A DNA stretch of 64,000 bases from Tubiluchus corallicola (lineage: Eukaryota; Animalia; Priapulida): assembly GCA_030141605.1 (NCBI GenBank), contig JAQGDQ010000438.1:36130-100129 (forward strand), read 5' to 3'. Below the pieces are notes generated by a model that worked only from the letters and a program-made list of their open reading frames with translations, was not told where the DNA came from and did not search any database. Made by a program: the position numbers and the translations under genes. Of the stretch, positions 13,036 to 23,140 are shown in pieces; position 1 is the stretch's first letter, and each line of letters starts with the position of its first letter.

Positions 13036-13815
13036 ATACATGATAAAACAACCAGTGCTAATTTATATATCAGAACTCGATAATGACCTACGTTCTGGTC
13101 TTGCCACAAACTTCATTATTCAGTTGTCACGGTGCAGAATCTACTTGCAGACAGCCCAAACTGTATAAGAAAGTGCAGTTACATTTGCAGAATGTTTGTG
13201 ACGTCACAGGTCAAGGTGTGTCTGCATTTGATAATCCGGTTTTAAACTAACAATTTGAAAATTATAAAATTAACAATAATTGTCATTTGCAACCAATTTT
13301 ATTTTACCTTAACCGATAAATAAACCTTCTACAAGCTCTAGCTCCTCAAACGTTAACTTTAATATGCTTAAAACCATAAATCCCTGAATCCAAAAATAAA
13401 CACATCTGAAGAATATGGTTAGCTAATTAATAACTAAAAATTTTATAAGGTGTTCATAGGTGAATCTATGATGGTAGGTTTTGACAAATCTCGTATCTTT
13501 CTGGAAATTTTGACTCATATTTGCTATAAAAATATCATCCACTAATTTGTTAGATTTCTACCTATTTTAAACTAAACTAACAAAGATAAGTGTATAATTT
13601 TAACTGCAACCTCTAAAACCTTCTATTATCACACAAAAACGTTTTTTCATTGATTTGGTCATAGAAGGACGTAAGTTAGTAGGGTTCATATTTTTCTATC
13701 ATTTACGGGTGATTCAACAGATCTTGGGAATTTGTATCAATTCTGCTGGTCACAAAAAACGGAAAGAAAAATCAGGATAGTCCAGGCTCAGTTCCGGCTC
13801 GCACATGTCAAAGTT

Positions 13816-14571
13816 CTATTGGTTTTGTGATTCCAGGTTTTTTCCGATTAACATTTTGCACATTTCATACGCTCTCTTGTAAATACAACAACTTGCATAT
13901 GTAGTCAGGTTATATTCCTTTGAATTCGCCAAGTTTCGCACCAAATTCTGATAACTAGCCATATTTGAGCATTTCTCGCAATATTCTGCACCCCCACGGT
14001 CAGGCTTGCCTTCGCAGTGTCCGCCACGTGTTATATGCAGCAGATACAGTTGTCTGACGCAATCCATGTATACGGTGGGGTTATGGGCACAAATCCTTGA
14101 AAATAATCGGTTTGGCTTAGGAGTGCCAAGCCTGCTACATCTATCGCAAGTTTTTCTCGGTTTGCTAACGCATTTCAACTTATTGCAACATCTGCTGTAT
14201 GCTGTCCAGAACTTACTGTTGACCTCTTTTGCTTCAAGCCTTGCACAGTCATAGCAAGCTTCTGATAATTGATTAGTTGGATCGTGTTCGCATTTTCCAG
14301 TTGATTTCCCACCGTACTTCTCAAAAAACTCCACTTGTTTCGTGCATTCCCGCATGTAAGTTGGATAACTGCAACATTTTGCAAGGATATCTTCAGACTT
14401 CTCGTTAGTTTGACTTCTAAACTTCATGCAATTCTGGCATTCTTGCATTGGATCGTTAGGTGGGTTTTTCATACAGTATCCTACTACATTAGGGTCAGTA
14501 TCTGATACTGCAGTCAGCACTGCTACATGCACGAATACCAGAACAAATAGCAATGTAGCAGACGTCGACAT
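13816..14571 (-). CDS. Secreted Cys-rich four-module protein, copy 2 (251 aa, 22 Cys), CHH/ITP-like Cys spacing
   Basis: Intact ORF; signal peptide MSTSATLLFVLVFVHVAVLTA; repeated C-x11-CxxC-xn-CC-x8-C; splice acceptor 12 nt upstream of ATG; conserved in paralogs. Confidence 0.9.
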   Translation of the reverse strand: MSTSATLLFVLVFVHVAVLTAVSDTDPNVVGYCMKNPPNDPMQECQNCMKFRSQTNEKSEDILAKCCSYPTYMRECTKQVEFFEKYGGKSTGKCEHDPTNQLSEACYDCARLEAKEVNSKFWTAYSRCCNKLKCVSKPRKTCDRCSRLGTPKPNRLFSRICAHNPTVYMDCVRQLYLLHITRGGHCEGKPDRGGAEYCEKCSNMASYQNLVRNLANSKEYNLTTYASCCIYKRAYEMCKMLIGKNLESQNQ

Positions 14572-14937
14572 CTTTGATGTAGCCTAAAACAAAATAAGAC
14601 AATTTAACATTGAATTTAAAACCCAACGGCGCAAAAGTAAAAAAAAGACATGATAACGGCTAAAAATGGAGCAATTTTAGCCTACAATTTAAAATTCTTA
14701 CGACCCGAAACAGGAAATGTAACACTGGGATCTACTTGTCAAAACATTAAAAAATTACAAATGAATTTTACAATTTGCCAAAACAATAAAAACACAATTT
14801 ATGATAACTTATAAACGTCACACAAACAAGGCAAAACAAGATCAGATCATTCTTATGCTTTTACTACTTCTTTCATCTTAAAGTTATTTCTCAATCTCTC
14901 TCTCTCTCTTTTTCTCTCTCCCCTCTTTCCCTCCAAA

Positions 14938-17900
14938 CAGGTGCAACAAGTTCTACAATGGCAATAATAACTGCAGAGTTAACGTTGTCTACAGGTGCAA
15001 CAAGTGCTACAATGGCAGCAATGACTGCGGAGTTAACATTGTCTACAAGTGCAACAAGTGCTGCAATGGCAGCAATGACTGTAGAGTTAACATTGTCTAC
15101 AGGTGCAACAAGTGCTACAATGGCAACAATGACTGCAAAGTTAACATTGTCTACATGTGCAACAAGTGCTACAATGGCAGCAATGACTGTAGAGTTAATG
15201 TTGTCTACAGGTGCAACAAGTGCTACAATGGCAACAATGACTGCAGAGTTAACGTTGTCTACAAGTGCAACAAGTGCTACAATGGCAGCAATGACTGTAG
15301 AGTTAACGTTGTCTACAGCTGCAACAAGTGCTACAATGGCAACAATGACTGCAGAGCTAACATTGGCTACAGCTGCAACAAGTGCTAAAATGGCAACAAT
15401 GGCTGCAGAGTTAATATTGTCTACAGGTGCAACAAGTGCTACAATGGCAGGCAATGACTGTAGAGTTAATGTTGGCTACAGGTGCAACAAGTGCTACAAT
15501 GGCAGCAATGACTGTAGAGTTAACGTTTGTCTACAAGTGCAACAAGTGCTACATTGGCAACAATGACTGTAGAGTTAACGTTGTCTACAGGTGCAACAAG
15601 TGCTACAATGACTGTAGAGTTAACGTTGTCTACAGCTGCAACAAGTGCTACAATGGCAACAATGACTGCAGAGCTAACATTGGCTACAGATGCAACATGT
15701 ACTACAATGGCAGCAATGACTCTAGAGTTAACTTAGTCTACAGGTGCAACAAGTGCTACAATGGCAACAATGACTGCAGAGTTAATATAGTCTACAGGTG
15801 CTACAAGTGCTACAATGGCAACAATGACTGTAGACGTAAAGTTGTCTACAGGTGCAACAAGTGCTACAATGGCAATAATGACTGCAGAGTTAACGTTGTC
15901 TACAGGTGCAACAAGTGCTACAATGGCAGCAATAACTGCAGAGTTAACGTTGTCTACAGGTGCAACAAGTGCTACAATGGCAGCAATGACTGTAGAGTTA
16001 ACGTTGTCTACAGGTGCAACAAGTGCTACAATGGAAAAGCAATGACTGCAGAGTTAACGTTGTCTACAGGTGCAACAAGTGCTACAATGTCAGCAATGAC
16101 TGTAGAGTTAATGTTGTCTACAGGTGCAACAAGTGCTACAATGGCAACAATGACTGCAGAGTTAACGTTGTCTACAAGTGCAACAAGTGCTACAATGGCA
16201 ACAATGACTGCAGAGTTAACGTTGTCTACAAGTGCAACAAGTGCTACAATGGCAGCAATGACTGTAGAGTTAACGTTGTCTACAGCTGCAACAAGTGCTA
16301 CAATGGCAACAATGACTGCAGAGCTAACATTGTCTACAGCTGCAACAAGTGCTAAAATGGCAACAATGGAGGCAGAGTTAATATTGTCTACAGGTGCAAC
16401 AAGTGCTACAATGGCAGGCAATGACTGTAGAGTTAATGTTGGCTACAGGTGCAACAAGTGCTACAATGGCAGCAATGACTGTAGAGTTAACGTTTGTCTA
16501 CAAGTGCAACAAGTGCTACATTGGCAACAATGACTGCAGAGTTAACGTTTGTCTACAGGTGCAACAAGTGCTACAATGGCAGCAATAACTGCAGAGTTAA
16601 CGTTGTCTACAGGTGCAACAAGAGCTACAATGGCAGCAATGACTGTAGAGTTAACGTTGTCTACAGGTGCAACAAGTGCTACAATGGCAGCAATGACTGC
16701 AGAGTTAACGTTGTCTACAGGTGCAACAAGTGCTACAATGGCAGCAATGACTGCGGAGTTAACATTGTCTACAAGTGCAACAAGTGCTACAATGGCTGCA
16801 ATGACTGTAGAGTTAACATTGTCTACAGGTGCAACAAGTGCTACAATGGCAACAATGACTGCAAAGTTAACATTGTCTACATGTGCAACAAGTGCTACAA
16901 TGGCAGCAATAACTGCAGAGTTAACGTTGTCTACAGGTGCAACAAGTGCTACAATGGCAGCAATGACTGTAGAGTTAACGTTGTCTACAGGTGCAACAAG
17001 TGCTACAATGGAAGCAATGACTGCAGAGTTAACGTTGTCTACAGGTGCAACAAGTGCTACAATGTCAGCAATGACTGTAGAGTTAATGTTGTCTACAGGT
17101 GCAACAAGTGCTACAATGGCAACAATGACTGCAGAGTTAACGTTGTCTACAAGTGCAACAAGTGCTACAATGGCAACAATGACTGCAGAGTTAACGTTGT
17201 CTACAAGTGCAACAAGTGCTACAATGGCAGCAATGACTGTAGAGTTAACGTTGTCTACAAGTGCAACAAGTGCTACAATGGCAACAATGACTGCAGAGTT
17301 AACGTTGTCTACAAGTGCAACAAGTGCTACAATGGCAGCAATGACTGTAGAGTTAACGTTGTCTACAGCTGCAACAAGTGCTACAATGGCAACAATGACT
17401 GCAGAGCTAACATTGGCTACAGCTGCAACAAGTGCTAAAATGGCAACAATGGAGGCAGAGTTAATATTGTCTACAGGTGCAACAAGTGCTACAATGGCAG
17501 GCAATGACTGTAGAGTTAATGTTGGCTACAGGTGCAACAAGTGCTACAATGGCAGCAATGACTGTAGAGTTAACGTTTGTCTACAAGTGCAACAAGTGCT
17601 ACATTGGCAACAATGACTGCAGAGTTAACGTTTGTCTACAGGTGCAACAAGTGCTACAATGGCAGCAATAACTGCAGAGTTAACGTTGTCTACAGGTGCA
17701 ACAAGAGCTACAATGGCAGCAATGACTGTAGAGTTAACGTTGTCTACAGGTGCAACAAGTGCTACAATGGAAGCAATGACTGCAGAGTTAACGTCGTCTA
17801 CAGGTGCAACAAGTGCTAAAATGGCAGCAATGACTGTAGAGTTAATGTTGTCTACAGGTGCAACAAGTGCTACAATGGCAACAATGACTGCAGAGTTAAC

Positions 17901-18160
17901 GTTGTCTACAGGTGCAACAAGTGCTACAATGCCAGCAATGACTGTAGAGTTAACGTTGTCTACAGGTGCAACAAGTGCTACAATGGCAGCAATGACTGTA
18001 GAGTTAACATTGTCTACAGGTGCAACAAGTGCTACAATAGCAGCAATGACTGTAGAGTTAACGTTGTCTACAGGTGCAACAAGTGCTACAATGGCAGCAA
18101 TGACTGTAGAGTTAACGTTGTTTACAGGTGCAACAAGTGCTACAATGGAAGGAATAGCTG
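14938..18160. repeat. 54-bp minisatellite, about 60 copies, with higher-order structure
   Basis: Unit GAGTTAACGTTGTCTACAGGTGCAACAAGTGCTACAATGGCAGCAATGACTGYA; gives 18-aa periodic ORFs in several frames. Confidence 0.97.
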
Positions 18161-20231
18161 TAGAGGGAACCTTGCCAAAAGAAGTTAATTACTGTTGAAA
18201 AGGAATTTTAATACGAGAAACTTCCAACTCAGCTGACATACAATTAATTATGAATTACAAATCAGATCAGAAAACGACTTCTTTAGCCCAGTTTTACCTG
18301 CCCCCAGCTCTATAGCTAACATATATCTGGAACATACGCCCTATTGTGTGAAACAAGATGCCCCTTTTGTTCACTCACGTGTACCAACTAACTATTTGTT
18401 CGTAACATCAGATAATCTTGTGCAATTCTCTGTTCTTTTCTAATGTTCACGTAGGTTATAGAAAGTTTAAATAGAGTAAAATAAAATAACGTTTTAAATA
18501 ATACTATGCCCAAAGAATTTTGCAAGACAATCCATATTTAGTGTGAAAGTTTTATCAAAAAAATTAAACTGTGAGTATCAAATTAACTGCACCTTGCGAA
18601 AATAAGACAAACGAGACGCATTTCTCAAACAAGTTAAAGTGAGGTTTACTTTACTCACCAAGTTCATCTTCAAATGTTTGTTTCCTCTTGTTTCCTATGT
18701 ATATGTTGACTGTTGCACCAGCATCCACAAAAGTGCTCAATTCTGGTTCTCCTTTTATAGTAGGTAGAGACGAAAAGTCACCCTTAACTCTTTCACCTTA
18801 GCATTCATTGTCTAAAGGCAACTTGATTAACTCACAGAATAAACTTTCAGAAGTGGCGTTTAAGGTGAGAATGTCACCTTTTACCTGTTTGCGTTTTTTG
18901 CTTGTTTCCACAAATGAAGTGATTAAAGTCAGTCATGTACATTTACGCTCGAAACAAGCCATGACCTTCCAGTGACCACTGACCCCAGGTTAACAATTTT
19001 CATGTTTAACTCAGGATTTATTTCTAAGGATCAATGCTGAAGTGTTTAAATCTTTCTCTGCAAAATCTAAATATGATAACATTTGTCCTCCTGCAGGTTT
19101 TTTAGCTGGTTCTATGACTTTTTGAAGAGCTATCTTCACTGGAATATCATCAGGTAGTGTAAGCATATGCCCAATCCATCTTAAACGGCGTCTTTTTATT
19201 TTTCTTGTCCTTACAGCCATTACAATGTTTTAGCAGTGACAATAAACTTACCCACGATTTCTGACAATTTTAAGGTAGCAACAATCAACCCTTCGTTTTC
19301 TTGCCATTGTAGAAGAACAATGATATGCAATGAAAGCCTGGCCGAGTGAAAGTTACAGAATATACAGGCCGACAAAATGGTCTCTAAAATCTAGGTTTTG
19401 GTTAAGATTTGTAGATTTTTTTTGAATCACGAACCGAAAAATTTCAAATATGCCTACAATCTTACAGTAAAAGTGTGCTTATGAAGAAATTGTTATTTTG
19501 CTTTGCGTTTCGTTTATTTTTTAATTTAAGCATCTCCATGGGATATTTGAAGTTGTGAACTAATTAGCTTTTCAATAAATGTAGATATATTAGCTTCATT
19601 ATTAATAGAAAGTTTATTAATAACTTTCAAATCTAAAATGATAAAAAATGTCAAACAAAGTCAATCCTCAGTGTGGTTGATTAGTCGAAACATTTGTGAC
19701 ATGTTTTTAGCGTTTCATCATTTTTGATAATTTACCAAAATTGTTTCCTTGAATTAAACTGCAAGTGCCTGAATAAACGGATGTTGATTAACATCATGGT
19801 TGGTTACAGGTTTGCTCCCTTTCAGGATAAACCCATTGTAGGCCCATAAATTTGTTTAAGCTCCCAATGTTTGGTTCCTACTCATAGATTTATTGCTGTG
19901 CTAGAATCCACATGAATGCTCAATTCTGTCTCTGACTCACTGCGAGAAGTCACCTTTAAGTCCTTTTGCTGTGTAAAAGCAGCTTGATTAATTTACAGAG
20001 CAACTTACAGAAATAAAAAATGGATGCCGAAACTACGTAATTAAAGTGATTTGAAGTCGCACTTCAAATAAAGATGTCGTTTCTTACCAGTTTGTGTTTT
20101 TCGATCCATCCTACAAATGGAGTGATTAAACTCAATCACGTACATTTATATTGACGTAAACAGGCTGTGCCCTTCCAGTGACCACTGGCTCCTTGGTTAA
20201 ATGTTCTGATGTTGCAACACAAAACCAATAG

Positions 20232-20502
20232 GACGATTTACCAACTCATGCAGCACAAAAATATGGGACGATTTACCAACTCATACAGCACAAAAACAAT
20301 GTAACGATTTACCAACTCATGCAGCACAAAAACATGGGGACGATTTACCAACTCATGCAGCACAAAAACAATGTGACGATTTACCAACTCATGCAACACA
20401 AAAACATGGGGACGATTTACCAACTCATGCAGCACAAAAACAATGTAACGATTTACCAACTCATGCAACACAAAAACAGGGGGATGATTTACCAACCCAT
20501 GC
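20232..20502. repeat. 36-bp tandem repeat (about 8 copies; about 3 copies at 12197-12287)
   Basis: Unit core ACGATTTACCAACTCATGCAGCACAAAAAC. Confidence 0.9.
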
Positions 20503-20729
20503 GGGTAAAATGACATACGTCAAAAAATTTAAAATCTTTTGTTAATTAAAATGCATCCTTATAAAGATACCTATAATTTTCACTGATTTATAGGCCACAG
20601 TAGTTCATTACATTTTTATTACGTTTTACTACATTTTTATTGGATTTTTTATAATCTTTTTACAAATCCGTATGTGTGTATGATACGTGTTTAATGCATT
20701 TAATTTCGAACTTCCCATTAAGCAAAGTG

Positions 20730-20761
<32 letters not shown>

Positions 20762-21609
20762 TGTATGTATGTATATATACATGATAAAACAACCAGTGCT
20801 AATTTATATATCAGAACTCGAGAATGACCTACGTTCTGGTCTTGCCACAAACTTCATTATTCAGTTGTCTAGTGCAGAATCTACTTGCAGACAGCCCAAA
20901 CTGTATAAGAAATTGCAGTTACATTTGCAGAATGTTTGTGACGTCACAGGTCAAGGTGTGTCTGCATTTGATAATCCAGTTTTAAACTAACAATTTGAAA
21001 ATTATAAAATTAACAATAATTGTCATTTGCAACCAAATTTATTTTACCATAACCGATAAATAAACCTCCTACAAGCTCTAGCTCCTCAAACGTTAACTTT
21101 AATATGCTTAAAACCATAAATCCCTGAATCCAAAAATAAACACGTCTGAAGAATATGGTTAGGTAATTATTAACTAAAAATTTTATAAGGTGTTCATAGG
21201 TGAATCTATGATGGTAGGTTTTGACAAATCTCGTATCTTTCTGGAAATTTTGACTCATATTTGATATAAAAATATCATCCACTAATTTGTTAGATTTCTA
21301 CCTATTTTAAACTAAACTAACAAAGATAAGTGTACAACTTTAACGCTACTGCAACCTCTAAAACAGTCTATTATCACACAAAAGCATTTTTCATTGATTT
21401 AGTCATAGAAAGACGTAAGTTAATAGGGTACATATTTTTCGATCATTTACGGGTGATTCACAAGATCTTGGGAATTTGTATCAATTGTGCTGGTAACAAA
21501 AAAACGGAAAGAAAAAATCAGGATAGTCGAGGCTCAGTTCCGACTCGCACATGTCAAAGTTCTACTAGTTTTGTGATTCCAGGTTCTTTTCGTTTCGTCT
21601 TTTTCTTCC

Positions 21610-22356
21610 TCATTCGATTAATGTTTTGCACATATCATATGCTTCCTTGTAAATACAACAAGTTGCATATGTAGTCATGTTATATTCCTTTGCTTTCTCG
21701 AAGTTTCGCATCACATTCTGATAAAAACCCATATTTGAGCATTTCTTGCAATATTCCGCACCCCTATGGCCAGGCTTGCTTATGCATTGTCCGCCATGAT
21801 TTTCTTTCAGCAGAGACAGTTGTCTGGCGCAATCCATGTATACGGAGGGGTTACGCGCACAAATCCTTGAAAAGAATCGGTTTGGTTTAGGAGTGCGAAG
21901 CCTGCTACATCTTTCGCAAGCTTTTTTCGGTTTGTCACCGCATTGCAACTTACTGCAACATCTGCTGTATGCTCTCCAAAACTTACTGTTGACCTCTTTT
22001 GATTCAAGCTTTGCACAGTCATAGCAATCATTTGATAATTGATTAGTTGGATTGTATTTGCATTTTCCCGTTGATTTCCCACCACCGTACTTCTCCCGCA
22101 ACTGCACTTGTTTCGTGCATTCCCGGCGATAAGTTGGAAAACTGCAACATTTAGCAAGGATGTCCCAATCAACATCTTCAGGCTTTTTCTTAGTTTGACT
22201 TATAAACTTCATGCAATTCTGGCATTCTTGCATCACATCGTTGGGTGGGTCTTTAACACAGTATCCTAATACATTAGGGTCAGTATCTGCTATTGCAGTC
22301 AGCACTGCTACATGCACGAATACCAGAACAAATAGCAATGTAGCAGACGTCGTCAT
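21610..22356 (-). CDS. Secreted Cys-rich four-module protein, copy 3 (248 aa)
   Basis: Intact ORF paralogous to copy 2 with all cysteines conserved; signal peptide. Confidence 0.9.
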   Translation of the reverse strand: MTTSATLLFVLVFVHVAVLTAIADTDPNVLGYCVKDPPNDVMQECQNCMKFISQTKKKPEDVDWDILAKCCSFPTYRRECTKQVQLREKYGGGKSTGKCKYNPTNQLSNDCYDCAKLESKEVNSKFWRAYSRCCSKLQCGDKPKKACERCSRLRTPKPNRFFSRICARNPSVYMDCARQLSLLKENHGGQCISKPGHRGAEYCKKCSNMGFYQNVMRNFEKAKEYNMTTYATCCIYKEAYDMCKTLIE

Positions 22357-22732
22357 CTTTGATGTAGCCTAAAACAAAATAAGATATTTTAACATTCAAC
22401 TTAGGACCCGATTGCGCAAAAGTAAAAAAATAAGACATGATAATGGATAAAAATGGAGCAATTTTAGCCTACAATTTAAATTCTAATGTAACAGGAAACC
22501 CGAAACAGGAAATGTAACATTGGGATGTACTTGTCAAAACCTTAAAAAATTACAAATAAATTTTACAATGTACCAAAACAATAAAAACACAATTTATGAT
22601 AACTTATAAACGTTATACAAACAAGGCAAAATAAGATGAGATCATTCTTATGCTTTTATTGCTCCTCTCATCTTAAAATTATTTCTCAATCTCTCTCTCT
22701 CTATTTCTCTCTCCCCCTCTCTGCTTCCAAAG

Positions 22733-23140
22733 AGGTGCAACAAGTAATACAATGGCAACAATGACTGCAGAGTTAACATTGTCTACAGGTGCAACAAGTG
22801 CTACAATGGTGACAATGACTGCAGCGTTAACATTGTCTACAGGTGCAACAAATGCTACAATGGCAAAAATGACTGCAGAGCTAACATTGGCTACAGCTGC
22901 AACAAGTGCTACAATGGGAACAATGGCTGCAAAGTTAACATTGTCTAGAGGTGCAACAAGAGCTACAATGGCAGCAATGACTGTAGAGTTAACATTGTCT
23001 ACAGCTGCAACAGGTGCTACAATGGCAACAATGATTGCAGAGTTAACATTGTCTACAGCTGCAACAAGGGGTACAATGGCAACAATGACTACAGAGTTAA
23101 CATTGTCTACAAGTGCAACAAGTGCTACAATGGCAACAGC
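22733..23140. repeat. 54-bp minisatellite, unit 3 (about 7.5 copies)
   Basis: Same motif as 14938-18160. Confidence 0.9.

Noticed and set aside
12400-13168. YIHT/MYVC repeat ORFs
   Set aside because: Translations of (TATG)n
15427-17438. Cys-rich CRVNVVYRCNKCYNG ORFs as a metallothionein or zinc-finger protein
   Set aside because: One frame of a 54-bp minisatellite; no credible start or signal peptide, and frameshifts between blocks
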